Notes under the pieces: model-generated
Database searches by the model: none
Told to the model about the DNA's origin: nothing
Seen by the model: the letters and a program-made list of their open reading frames with translations, nothing else
From: Thorsellia kenyensis
GTDB lineage: Bacteria > Pseudomonadota > Gammaproteobacteria > Enterobacterales > Thorselliaceae
NCBI RefSeq assembly: GCF_042432445.1
Contig: NZ_JBHLXE010000090.1
Location: forward strand, 7,955 to 39,954
DNA length: 32,000 bases
Reading direction: 5' to 3'
In this document: in pieces, positions 1-9,278 of the stretch
How the letters are laid out: every line of letters starts with the position of its first letter
Position numbering within the stretch: the stretch's first letter is position 1
Translations under genes and position numbers: made by a program

Positions 1-406
1 GAATTATGTACTTCTTTGAAGTATATTGAATGTAATGACTATTTTTAATAGTAAAGCGTAACTTTTATAGAAACATAAAATTGGTTTCTTTCATTTTAAT
101 AGCAACAAGAATGACTAATTGATGTAATCTAATTGCACTGCTCTATAATTAATTCATAATATAGCTAAAGTATATCTTTCGAGTTGATAAGTCTCAAATT
201 ACATATAATTAATATACACGCAACATCATTTAAAGTGGTAGAGTGTTATACTTGTTGAAGAAACGCAATTAAAAATAATCCAAATAACGTAAACTAGTTG
301 AATTCACCCATTTTTAACTGTTATTTTTGTAGTTTGCATTTTATTTGAAAATTGATTTAACTATTAAATGAGTTGATAGAGCATCTATTGCCATTTGAGG
401 GGTATT

Positions 407-1606
407 ATGATTAGTCAAACATTAAAAACAAAATCTACAGATGTTTTTTTAAATGCATTATCCTGCCTAAATACAGGGACGTTAAAACTCACGTTACCTA
501 ATGGCAAAATTTATGAGTTTGAAGGACAAAATAATGGTCCTCATGGGCAAATTGAAATTCATGATTTTAGTGTCATTTCTCATTTGGCATTAAAAGGGGA
601 TATCGCGTTCGCTGAAGATTATCGAGACGGTAAATGGGATAGCCCTGACATTGCTAGTTTAATAGAATGCGCTATTTTGAATTATGATGCTTTATCTAGA
701 TACATTTCAGGAAGTTGGTTGCAGCGTTTTTTAAGCCAAATTTATTATTTGTTTAAAAAAAATACCAAGAAAGGTAGCCGTAAAAACATTCATGCTCATT
801 ATGATTTAGGGAATGAATTTTATAAATTATGGCTCGATAAAACAATGACATACTCCTCTGCATTATACTTAAATGATACAGAAGATTTATCATCGGCCCA
901 AAATAATAAATACGACAGAATTTTACATCGTGTTGCTGATGCAGGCGAAAATGTGTTAGAAATTGGCTGTGGTTGGGGTGGGTTTGCTGAAAGATTAGCA
1001 AGTTCTACTGCTAAAGAAACATCGAACCTTAGGTTAAAAGGTTTAACCATTTCCCCTTCTCAATTAGCTTTCGCCCAACACAGATTAAAGCCTTTTGAGC
1101 AACGGGTAGATTTAGTATTAGAAGATTATAGGGACGTAAAAGGAAAATTTGACTCAATTGTATCCATTGAAATGTTTGAAGCGGTAGGAGAAGAGTATTG
1201 GAAAACCTATTTCGATAGAGTTAAATCATTACTTACTCAGAAGGGTAAAGCAGTTATTCAAACGATTACGATTGATGATCCTTTCTTTGAAGATTATCGA
1301 AAAAGTGGCGATGCGATAAGGAGCTTTATATTCCCTGGTGGTATGCTTCCTAGTCCTAGTCGCTTTGAGCAAGTAGCAAATGATTCAGGATTGAGTGTTA
1401 CAGACAAATTTTTCTTTGGTCAAGACTATGCCACTACGCTATTAGTTTGGCTGAAAAACTTTGATGAACAGAAAGAAATTATTTTATCCCAAGGTTTTGA
1501 TACCCCATTTATTCGATTATGGCGATTTTATCTTGCTTATTGTGCAGGTGCTTTTCGTGCGCAAAGAATTAATGTTATGCAAGTCGAATTAAAGCCTAAT
1601 AGTTAA
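407..1606 (+). CDS. Cyclopropane-fatty-acyl-phospholipid synthase-like SAM-dependent methyltransferase
   Basis: ORF 395..1606. The likely true start is ATG 407, preceded by GAGGGG (397-402). It has the SAM-binding motif VLEIGCGWGGFA and CFA-synthase-family blocks (HYDLGNEFYKLWLD, SIEMFEAVG, WRFYLAYCAGAF). Confidence 0.85.
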   Translation: MISQTLKTKSTDVFLNALSCLNTGTLKLTLPNGKIYEFEGQNNGPHGQIEIHDFSVISHLALKGDIAFAEDYRDGKWDSPDIASLIECAILNYDALSRYISGSWLQRFLSQIYYLFKKNTKKGSRKNIHAHYDLGNEFYKLWLDKTMTYSSALYLNDTEDLSSAQNNKYDRILHRVADAGENVLEIGCGWGGFAERLASSTAKETSNLRLKGLTISPSQLAFAQHRLKPFEQRVDLVLEDYRDVKGKFDSIVSIEMFEAVGEEYWKTYFDRVKSLLTQKGKAVIQTITIDDPFFEDYRKSGDAIRSFIFPGGMLPSPSRFEQVANDSGLSVTDKFFFGQDYATTLLVWLKNFDEQKEIILSQGFDTPFIRLWRFYLAYCAGAFRAQRINVMQVELKPNS

Positions 1607-1674
1607 TTTTGAGCTAAAGAATATATCTTACAGTTCAAAACTTCCTTAATAAATTCTCAATAAGGGAAAATAAA

Positions 1675-2247
1675 ATGAGCATAAAAAAAATTATAGCCAG
1701 TTTAAGCGCACTTCTTGCCGGCTGTGGCGGCATTGATGGTCAGCAATATACTGAATTGTCTCCTGAGCTTAAATTAGAGTCCTATTTCAATGGCCCAATA
1801 AAAGCTTGGGGATTTATTCAAGATCGCAGTGGAAACGTAATAACTCGTTTTGATGTGGTTATGGAAGGCTCTTGGGATGGGAATAAAGGACGACTAGATG
1901 AAGTTTTCACTTACTATGATAATGGTAAAGTACAAAATAGAACCTGGGAAATTACTAAAATTGATGAATTTACCTATGAAGGTAAAGCGGGAGATATACT
2001 AGGTACAGCTAAAGGCAGTGCGCATGGAAATGCAATAAACTGGGTTTATGAAATGGACGTACCAGTGGATGATACGACTTATCGCTTAAAATTTGATGAT
2101 TGGATGTGGGCAATGAATGACGGCGTTGTCATCAATCGCTCTTATATGAAAAAATTTGGCATTACCGTTGCTGAATTAACCGTATTTATGCAAAAGGTAC
2201 CAGATGGAAGTATTTCCTTAAAACCAAGCAAAGATTCATCACTTTAA
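1675..2247 (+). CDS. DUF3833-family lipoprotein
   Basis: Signal peptide ending in the lipobox LLAG-C (Cys17). The mature part fits my remembered DUF3833 pattern (YFNG..AWG..DR.G...RFDV, GNAINW.YEMDVPVD, DDWMW, MKKFG). This family is typically found beside cfa-like genes. Confidence 0.7.
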   Translation: MSIKKIIASLSALLAGCGGIDGQQYTELSPELKLESYFNGPIKAWGFIQDRSGNVITRFDVVMEGSWDGNKGRLDEVFTYYDNGKVQNRTWEITKIDEFTYEGKAGDILGTAKGSAHGNAINWVYEMDVPVDDTTYRLKFDDWMWAMNDGVVINRSYMKKFGITVAELTVFMQKVPDGSISLKPSKDSSL

Positions 2248-2425
2248 AATAAGAAGGGTAAACCTAAACAACAGTACATAAACACTATTCAATAAGTCTG
2301 AATTCAACATAGTTGATTAAATAGGCAAATTGGACAACATGACAGATATAAAATTATTACTCTGTAATATTAACTTGAACCTTCTTTTTACAAGTGGAAA
2401 TCATTCGTGTTGAGGTAACTAAAAT

Positions 2426-3184
2426 ATGGCTCAGATGAAAACTAAAACTATTTGGATATTAGGGGCTAGCAGTGGTATAGGCTATGAACTAGCAATCTTA
2501 TTAGCTAAGCAAAGCCATCAGCTTATTTTAAGTGCTCGCAATGAGAAACTCTTATCTGAACTTCATGATAAATTGCAACCAACTGCTAGTGTTGAGCATT
2601 TAGTTGTGCCTTGTGATTGTAGTGATTATGAAAATCTAAAAGAGGCAAAGGCTTTGATTAGCGAGAGAATCAAACGTATTGATAGTGTGATTTTTATGGC
2701 AGGTCAATATGAGCCATTATCTATTCTGGACATACAGAAAAAACATATTGATAGCATCATTAAAACAAATCTTAATGGACCAATGTACCTTACCGAATTA
2801 GTACTTCAAGAACTACTTACACAAAAAGAGAGTCAACTGATTTTCTGTGCAAGTGTCGCAGGTTTTGTCGGTTTACCAAATGCACAACCCTATTCAGCTT
2901 CTAAAGCAGCTCTAATTAATTTTGTACAATCATTGCATGCAGAGCATGCCAAAGATATTGATATTAAAATAATTAATCCTGGTTTTGTTAAAACACCGCT
3001 AACTGATAAAAATAGCTTTAAAATGCCTTTCATCATTACCGCACAAGATGCGGCCGAATCGATTATGAAATCTATTCATAAGCGTAATGTATTTGAAATT
3101 CATTTCCCCAAAAAATTCACGTTCATTATGAAATTATTAGCGCTTTTACCTTATCGTGTCTTGCATAGATTAGTAAAGCGTTAA
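2426..3184 (+). CDS. Short-chain dehydrogenase/reductase (SDR) family oxidoreductase
   Basis: N-terminal dinucleotide-binding motif ILGASSGIG and catalytic YSASK (YxxxK). The ~250 aa length is typical of classical SDRs. Confidence 0.85.
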   Translation: MAQMKTKTIWILGASSGIGYELAILLAKQSHQLILSARNEKLLSELHDKLQPTASVEHLVVPCDCSDYENLKEAKALISERIKRIDSVIFMAGQYEPLSILDIQKKHIDSIIKTNLNGPMYLTELVLQELLTQKESQLIFCASVAGFVGLPNAQPYSASKAALINFVQSLHAEHAKDIDIKIINPGFVKTPLTDKNSFKMPFIITAQDAAESIMKSIHKRNVFEIHFPKKFTFIMKLLALLPYRVLHRLVKR

Positions 3185-3205
3185 TTCAACTTAGAGATAG
3201 CCTAA

Positions 3206-3901
3206 ATGAGATTACTAGTTATAGAAGATGATGTTAAAGTCGCTCAATTTATTCAAAAAGGGTTCAAAGAGTTAGGCCACAGTGTAGACTTGGCCTGTGA
3301 GGGCAAAAAAGGCCTTTTTTTAGCAATGACAGAAGCTTATGATGCGATAATTTTAGATAGGATGTTACCTGAGGTAGATGGATTGACTATATTACAAACT
3401 CTTCGCGCATCTAACCATAAAACTCCAGTGCTCATTTTAAGTGCCCTGGGTAAAGTAGATGACAGAGTTAAAGGATTACGCTCAGGTGCTGATGATTACC
3501 TCGCCAAACCGTTTGCCTTTGAAGAGCTTTTAGCTAGAATAGAAATTTTAATTGAACGTTGCTCTAAACAAGATATCAGACAGACACAATTGGTGGCATT
3601 TGATTTAGTGATGGATTTATTAGCAAGGCGAGTTTCTAGAGCTGGTATGGAAATTGACCTTCAATCTAGAGAATTTCGTTTACTAGAATATTTACTACGA
3701 CATAAAGGACAGATGGTCACTAGAACTATGCTTCTTGAGCATGTATGGGATTATCATTTCGATCCGCAAACTAATGTAATTGATGTTCATATTAGTCGTT
3801 TACGTAACAAAATTGATAAAGGCTTTGAGCAAAAAATAATAAAAACTATACGTGGTTCTGGATATATCATAGAAGATAATTCAGCATCTAATCCCCTTTA
3901 A
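3206..3901 (+). CDS. OmpR/PhoB-family two-component response regulator (CusR/CopR-like)
   Basis: Receiver domain (MRLLVIEDD, ILDRMLPEVDG, DDYLAKPF) plus a winged-helix output domain (VIDVHISRLRNKID, TIRGSGY). By eye it is close to E. coli CusR. It starts 21 bp after the SDR stop. Confidence 0.9.
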   Translation: MRLLVIEDDVKVAQFIQKGFKELGHSVDLACEGKKGLFLAMTEAYDAIILDRMLPEVDGLTILQTLRASNHKTPVLILSALGKVDDRVKGLRSGADDYLAKPFAFEELLARIEILIERCSKQDIRQTQLVAFDLVMDLLARRVSRAGMEIDLQSREFRLLEYLLRHKGQMVTRTMLLEHVWDYHFDPQTNVIDVHISRLRNKIDKGFEQKIIKTIRGSGYIIEDNSASNPL

Positions 3902-3914
3902 ATGCAAATGATTT

Positions 3915-5387
3915 ATGTCTAGAACTATCAAAAATTTTCGTCAAAGCTCTAGTTTTTTTATGGCAACGCTCTGTTCTATTTTATTACTTGCTGTAGCAGG
4001 GTTTGTCTTTTATTTTACTCATGTAGTAAACAGTGATGCTTTTTTAGCAGAATCAAGAGCTGCGATTGATGCAAAAATAGAAAAGTTGATATTGCTAGAG
4101 CAGATTGATAAAGAAGCACTCTTTATGATGCTCTCAATGCAAGAAGATAATCCCCAAGATGATTTTGTTTATGCTCTTTTTTCTGAAAATAAATCACTTT
4201 TAAGTGGTGATAAAGACTTTTGGACTCCCTTACTCGCGCAATTAGAAAAAAAACAGGCCTCATTAACACAATACCAAATTGCTCGAGAAAAAGCAGCAGA
4301 CTCCTCTTCACAATTTCAACGACTAGAAAGCCTAGCACTTGAAAAAAACTATTTATCTAAAGTTGTTCAATTGGATTCGCGTAATTACTTAGTGGTTGCT
4401 AGGAATATTGATGAATTTAGAACGGCTAGGTGGTTTGCCATGACTTTTGGCTGGGTAGTTTTAGTTATAACTCTCGTACTTATTTTATGCTTTTATGTGA
4501 TAGGGCAATTTGTAGTAAAAAAAGTGAATTCGATTTCCCAAATAGCGAATGAAATTGTAACGACAGGAAATATCAGTAAGCGAATCGTTCGTGATAGTCA
4601 TTGGGATGATTTGAGTAAACTAGAAATTGTGCTGAATAAATTGCTTGATGAAATTGAATCATTAATGCTTGGCATGAAAAAAGTGACTGATGATATTGCT
4701 CATGATTTAAGAACACCTCTCACGCGATTAAGAAACTCCTTAGAAACGGTTGAACCTGCAAATTTGAGAGAAGATCTATTAAGGGAAGCAGATCTTTTAC
4801 TCGCTATGTTTAATGGCTTACTGCGTATTACTGAAATTGAAAGTGGTAGAAGACGATCTGCCTTTGAATGGTTATCATTAGACGAAATTGTCAGTGATGC
4901 AGAAGCTTTTTATGCCCCTTTAGCTGATGAAAAAAACATCTCAATTAATTGTATGATTAAATCCACTCGATTTTTTGGCGATAGAAATTTATTATTCCAA
5001 ATGTGTATAAACTTAATTGATAATGCCTTGAAATACACTCCGAATGGCGGGGCTATTGATATTACACTATTGGCACGCGATGCTGAAATAGTATTGAAAA
5101 TAAAAGATACAGGCTGTGGCATAGACACTAAAGAAATAGCACATATATTTAAAAGATTATATCGAGTTGAATCAAGTCGCCACAGTCAGGGTAATGGACT
5201 GGGTTTATCAATTGTTGAAGCCATTGTTCATCTTCATAATGGCATGATAACAGTAGAAAACTTAAACCAAACTGACTCAAGAAAAATCAGTAAAGAGCGT
5301 CTCAATCAAGTGGAAAAAAACTATCCTCTTGAGCACACTCTTAAAGGCACTTTGTTTACAGTGAGTTTTCCTTTACCAAACAGTTGA
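3915..5387 (+). CDS. Two-component sensor histidine kinase
   Basis: Two hydrophobic TM segments flank a ~135 aa periplasmic region. H-box IAHDLRTPLT, N-box LIDNALKYTP, G1 DTGCGI, G2 GNGLGLSIV. It starts 13 bp after the response regulator. Confidence 0.9.
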   Translation: MSRTIKNFRQSSSFFMATLCSILLLAVAGFVFYFTHVVNSDAFLAESRAAIDAKIEKLILLEQIDKEALFMMLSMQEDNPQDDFVYALFSENKSLLSGDKDFWTPLLAQLEKKQASLTQYQIAREKAADSSSQFQRLESLALEKNYLSKVVQLDSRNYLVVARNIDEFRTARWFAMTFGWVVLVITLVLILCFYVIGQFVVKKVNSISQIANEIVTTGNISKRIVRDSHWDDLSKLEIVLNKLLDEIESLMLGMKKVTDDIAHDLRTPLTRLRNSLETVEPANLREDLLREADLLLAMFNGLLRITEIESGRRRSAFEWLSLDEIVSDAEAFYAPLADEKNISINCMIKSTRFFGDRNLLFQMCINLIDNALKYTPNGGAIDITLLARDAEIVLKIKDTGCGIDTKEIAHIFKRLYRVESSRHSQGNGLGLSIVEAIVHLHNGMITVENLNQTDSRKISKERLNQVEKNYPLEHTLKGTLFTVSFPLPNS

Positions 5388-5656
5388 TACAACTATTATA
5401 GTGCGAGTATTTCGACAAATTTTTACGTCAAGACCTGCTGTATTTTATTTGCGATTCTAGATATTTGGCTATAAAGATAAAACATTTTTACAAATAAGAT
5501 AACGATTTATAATATTGAGATAATCAGCATTGATGCCCCGCCATTAGTTATAAATTAAATACCAATTTAGATAACCTGATTAAGTTCTTAGTTATAACTG
5601 CCTCAATTAAATATTTTGTTGAAAAAAGGAAAATGCTAGCCTTTTTGTCTGTGATA

Positions 5657-5666
5657 TGGTATAAAT
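5657..5666 (+). promoter_or_regulatory. Putative rpsB promoter, extended -10 element (TGGTATAAAT)
   Basis: The sequence TATGGTATAAAT closely resembles the extended -10 (TGTGGTATAAA-like) that I recall as conserved for the rpsB-tsf promoter in gammaproteobacteria. No good -35 is present, as expected for an extended -10 promoter. Confidence 0.5.
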
Positions 5667-5671
5667 CGCGC

Positions 5672-5930
5672 CGCAAAGTTCTATTAGGTATTTTTTGCTT
5701 TATATTTTATTTTTAGCAGTGAATAATACGTACTGATGGCGATAATGCGATAACCGCTGACGTAATCTTAATATTACGTATGTGTAAATACACACATGCA
5801 TCGACACAATTACCGGGGTGCTCCGCTGATGGGAAATATAGCAGTTTGCTGCTAAATTACACCGTCAATCGAGTCGGTTAATTGGGATGTATGGAGGCAA
5901 AACCCCAACTTTATTATATAGAGGTCTATT
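5672..5930 (+). promoter_or_regulatory. Long structured rpsB 5' leader (candidate S2 autoregulatory leader)
   Basis: About 258 nt lie between the predicted start site and the rpsB ATG. Several hairpins are visible: ACGTAAT/ATTACGT 5760-5779, TGTGT/ACACA 5781-5794, TAGCAG/CTGCTA 5839-5854, TTGGG/CCCAA 5882-5908 next to the SD AGAGG. S2-mediated feedback on the rpsB leader is established in E. coli. Confidence 0.45.
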
Positions 5931-6656
5931 ATGACAACAGTTTCAATGCGCGATATGCTTCAAGCAGGCGTCCACTTTGGTCACCAAACTCGTTACTGGA
6001 ATCCAAAAATGAAACCTTTCATTTTTGGTTCACGCAACCGTGTTCATATCATCAATCTTGAAAAAACAGTTCCTATGTTTAATGCGGCATTAGCTGAATT
6101 AAGCAAAATTTCTGCACGTAAAGGAAAAGTTTTATTCGTTGGTACTAAACGTGCTGCGGGTGAAGCAATCAAAGAAGCTGCGAAAAGCTGTGATCAGTAT
6201 TATGTAAATCACCGTTGGTTAGGTGGTATGTTAACTAACTGGAAAACAGTACGTCAATCAATTGGTTTGTTAAAAGATTTAGAAAAACAATCTCAAGATG
6301 GTACTTTTGAAAAGTTAACCAAAAAAGAAGCATTACTTCGTACTCGTGAGCTAGAAAAATTGGAAAATAGCTTAGGTGGTATCAAAGACATGAATGGTCT
6401 TCCTGATGCACTTTTCATCATCGATGCTGAACATGAGCATATTGCTATTAAAGAAGCAAATAACTTGGGTATTCCTGTTTTTTGCGTAGTTGATACGAAC
6501 TCTAACCCAGATGGCGTTGATTACATCATTCCTGGTAATGATGATGCTATTCGTGCAATTACACTTTACCTAACTGCAGCAGCTGATGCTGTTCGTCAAG
6601 GTCGTTCACAAGAAGTTGAAATTATTCCTGCTGCTACAGAGAGCGTTGCTGAATAA
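5931..6656 (+). CDS. rpsB: 30S ribosomal protein S2
   Basis: Near full-length match to E. coli RpsB ([32 protein letters not shown]..., roughly 80% identical by eye). Confidence 0.98.
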   Translation: MTTVSMRDMLQAGVHFGHQTRYWNPKMKPFIFGSRNRVHIINLEKTVPMFNAALAELSKISARKGKVLFVGTKRAAGEAIKEAAKSCDQYYVNHRWLGGMLTNWKTVRQSIGLLKDLEKQSQDGTFEKLTKKEALLRTRELEKLENSLGGIKDMNGLPDALFIIDAEHEHIAIKEANNLGIPVFCVVDTNSNPDGVDYIIPGNDDAIRAITLYLTAAADAVRQGRSQEVEIIPAATESVAE

Positions 6657-6733
6657 TTATCAAACTGATTGAATTATTAATTTGTTTGATTTTTTGCAAG
6701 GCCAAATGATTAAATTCAATTGATTAATACATT

Positions 6734-6758
6734 AAAAGGCCTTATATAGGCCTTTTTT
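6734..6758 (+). terminator. Hairpin plus T-run between rpsB and tsf (attenuator or partial terminator)
   Basis: AAAAGGCCT-TATAT-AGGCCTTTT followed by TTTTAT. It sits in the rpsB-tsf spacer. Confidence 0.55.
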
Positions 6759-6810
6759 ATTTAAATTTTTGTTATTCAAAATAACCAACCTATTCTAAGA
6801 GGATTTAAAT

Positions 6811-7668
6811 ATGGCAGATATTACTGCGGCACTCGTAAAAGAACTGCGTGAACGTACCGGTGCAGGTATGATGGAATGTAAAAAAGCACTAGTTGAAAGT
6901 AATGGTGATATTGAATTAGCGATTGATAATATGCGTAAGTCAGGTCAAGCAAAAGCAGCTAAAAAGTCTGGACGTGTTGCAGCTGAAGGCATCATTTTAG
7001 CTAAAGTTGCTGATTGCGGTACTTATGGTGTTTTAGTTGAACTTAACTGTGAAACTGACTTCGTTGCAAAAGATTCAGGTTTCGTCGCTTTTGGTAACGA
7101 AGTCGTAGATGCGGTACTTGCTGGTAAGATGTCAGACATTGCAGCAGTTCAAGCAAAATTCGAAGATCAACGTACTGCACTAGTGGCTAAGATTGGTGAA
7201 AATATCACTATCCGCCGAACTTCTGTTGTGGAAGGTGAAAAATTAGGTTCTTATTTACATGGCGCGCGTATTGGTGTTATCGTTGCAGCAAAAGGTGCTG
7301 ATGAAGAAACAATTAAGCACGTTGCTATGCATATTGCAGCAAGCAAGCCTGATTATGTCAAACCAGAAGATGTCCCAGCTGACGTTGTAAACCGTGAGCA
7401 TCAAATTCAATTAGACATTGCAATGCAATCAGGTAAACCTCGTGATATCGCTGAAAAAATGGTTGAAGGCCGTATGCGTAAATTTACAGGTGAAGTTTCT
7501 TTAACAGGTCAGCCATTTGTTATGTCTCCAGACAAAACAGTTGGTCAAATGCTGCAAGAAAAAGGCGCTGATGTCTCTAACTTCGTACGTTTTGAAGTCG
7601 GCGAAGGTATTGAGAAAGTTGAAACTGACTTTGCAGCTGAAGTTGCTGCAATGAGTAAAGGTGTTTAA
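6811..7668 (+). CDS. tsf: Translation elongation factor Ts
   Basis: [27 protein letters not shown]... matches E. coli EF-Ts along its length and follows rpsB as in the conserved operon. Confidence 0.98.
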   Translation: MADITAALVKELRERTGAGMMECKKALVESNGDIELAIDNMRKSGQAKAAKKSGRVAAEGIILAKVADCGTYGVLVELNCETDFVAKDSGFVAFGNEVVDAVLAGKMSDIAAVQAKFEDQRTALVAKIGENITIRRTSVVEGEKLGSYLHGARIGVIVAAKGADEETIKHVAMHIAASKPDYVKPEDVPADVVNREHQIQLDIAMQSGKPRDIAEKMVEGRMRKFTGEVSLTGQPFVMSPDKTVGQMLQEKGADVSNFVRFEVGEGIEKVETDFAAEVAAMSKGV

Positions 7669-7702
7669 TTTTAGCTTTTAGTTTAATTTAGATCTATTTT
7701 TT

Positions 7703-7740
7703 AGGGGTGTTATTGCACTGACATTAACACCTCTTTTATT
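7703..7740 (+). terminator. Rho-independent terminator after tsf
   Basis: 10-bp stem AGGGGTGTTA / TAACACCTCT (one G-U pair), 12-nt loop, then TTTTATTTATT. Confidence 0.65.
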
Positions 7741-7844
7741 TATTATCAGCTTAGTATTTATCATTGTGTTGTGTGTTGATTTTTTCGCAGTCAATGATAA
7801 GTATTAATTGTTATATAGTTAAAAACATTAAAAAGAGGCCTAGC

Positions 7845-8573
7845 ATGACAAATCAACCTTCCCCCCTTTATCACCGAATTCTTTTAAAATTGAGTGGAGA
7901 AGCCTTGCAGGGAAGCGAAGGCTTTGGAATCGATCCTGCAATTTTAGATAGAATGGCTCGAGAAATTAAAGAGTTATTAGATTTAGGTGTTCAGGTCGGT
8001 GTTGTTATTGGTGGAGGAAATCTTTTTCGTGGTGCAGGGTTGGCTAAAGCAGGTATGAATCGAGTGGTAGGAGATCATATGGGAATGTTAGCGACTGTTA
8101 TGAATGGTCTTGCAATGCGTGATGCTTTGCATAGAGCGAATATTAATGCTAAGTTAATGTCAGCAATCTCTCTTACAGGAGTCTGCGAAGATTACAACTG
8201 GGCTGATGCGATTGGATTTTTAAAAGAGAGAAAGGTGGTTATTTTCTCTGCAGGTACAGGCAATCCTTTTTTTACTACTGACTCTGCTGCGTGTCTTAGA
8301 GGAATTGAAATAGAAGCAGATGTTGTTTTAAAAGCGACTAAAGTTGATGGGGTTTATGACGCTGATCCTGAAAAAAATCCTAACGCGAAGATGTTCAGCC
8401 ATCTGACTTATCAAGAAGTTTTAGAAAAAGAGTTAAAAGTGATGGATCTTGCTGCGTTTACGCTAGCAAGAGATCATAAAATGCCGATAAGAGTTTTTAA
8501 TATGAATAAACCAGGCGCTTTACGTAATGCCATTTTAAGTGAATCAGAAGGTACCTTAATCAATGAATTTTAA
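7845..8573 (+). CDS. pyrH: UMP kinase
   Basis: The ORF track starts at 7764, but homology to E. coli PyrH begins at [24 protein letters not shown] 7845 is preceded by AAGAGG (7832-7837). Confidence 0.96.
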   Translation: MTNQPSPLYHRILLKLSGEALQGSEGFGIDPAILDRMAREIKELLDLGVQVGVVIGGGNLFRGAGLAKAGMNRVVGDHMGMLATVMNGLAMRDALHRANINAKLMSAISLTGVCEDYNWADAIGFLKERKVVIFSAGTGNPFFTTDSAACLRGIEIEADVVLKATKVDGVYDADPEKNPNAKMFSHLTYQEVLEKELKVMDLAAFTLARDHKMPIRVFNMNKPGALRNAILSESEGTLINEF

Positions 8574-8628
8574 GGTGCCATGTAAAACAATACATTTGAA
8601 ATTTTATCAATAAAATTAGGAAAAAATT

Positions 8629-9192
8629 ATGCAAACAATTAAAGACATCACGAAAGATGCAGACAGCAGAATGGAAAAATGCTTAGAAGCATTTAAAAAT
8701 AATATTTCAAAAATTCGTACTGGCCGTGCAAGTCCAAGTATCCTTGATGGTATTCATGTTGATTATTATGGTTCCTCAACACCACTACGTCAACTAGCCA
8801 GCATCACTGCAGAAGATGCAAGAACGCTTGTCATTAATGTATTTGACAGAACTGTAGGCCCTTTAGTGGAGAAAGCAATTATTAACTCAGATTTGGGATT
8901 AAATCCTTCTTCTGCTGGGACATCAATTAGAGTTCCGTTACCGCCTCTTACAGAAGAACGTCGTAAAGATTTAATCAAAATTGTTAAAGCAGAAGCAGAG
9001 CAAGGAAGGGTTTCGGTAAGAAATGTTCGCCGTGATGCTAATGATAAATTAAAAGCACTTTTAAAAGACAAAGAAATCAGTGAAGATGACGAGCGTCGTG
9101 CACAAGATGAAATTCAAAAAATGACTGATGCAGTCATTAAAAAAGTAGATGTAGCACTGGCTGAAAAAGAAACTGAACTAATGAGCTTCTAA
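8629..9192 (+). CDS. frr: Ribosome recycling factor
   Basis: Full-length similarity to E. coli Frr ([29 protein letters not shown]). It sits in the conserved position after pyrH. Confidence 0.97.
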   Translation: MQTIKDITKDADSRMEKCLEAFKNNISKIRTGRASPSILDGIHVDYYGSSTPLRQLASITAEDARTLVINVFDRTVGPLVEKAIINSDLGLNPSSAGTSIRVPLPPLTEERRKDLIKIVKAEAEQGRVSVRNVRRDANDKLKALLKDKEISEDDERRAQDEIQKMTDAVIKKVDVALAEKETELMSF

Positions 9193-9218
9193 AATAGGTC
9201 TGATTGAGGCTTAACTCT

Positions 9219-9248
9219 CATGGGGAAAAGATTGCCCCCATGCATTTT
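9219..9248 (+). terminator. Possible weak terminator after frr
   Basis: CATGGGG (9219-9225) pairs with CCCCATG (9236-9242) around a 10-nt loop, followed by CATTTTAC. The T-tract is short. Confidence 0.35.
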
Positions 9249-9278
9249 ACAATCTTTGTAGTTTAGCGAGTTTTTGGC

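Noticed and set aside
181-379. Repeated 9-mer GAGTTGATA at 181-189 and 370-378, plus a small palindrome ATAGA-GCA-TCTAT (376-388), upstream of the cfa-like gene.
   Set aside because: A single 9-mer repeat and a 5-bp palindrome are expected by chance in about 400 bp of AT-rich DNA. No supporting motif, such as an ECF-sigma promoter, was recognised.
5623-5646. Weak hairpin AAAAAGG/CCTTTTT, considered as a possible terminator of the histidine kinase operon.
   Set aside because: - It has only two G-C pairs and a 10-nt loop.
- It overlaps the position where a -35 region of the rpsB promoter would lie.
- This is too weak to call.
7764-7844. N-terminal extensions in the ORF track for pyrH (7764), lpxB (19051), wecF (20299), wzyE (21416), wecG (22829), ffh (27007) and the cfa-like gene (395).
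   Set aside because: - The extensions have no counterpart in the E. coli orthologues.
- Several overlap the preceding gene extensively.
- Internal starts with better ribosome-binding sites coincide with the onset of homology.
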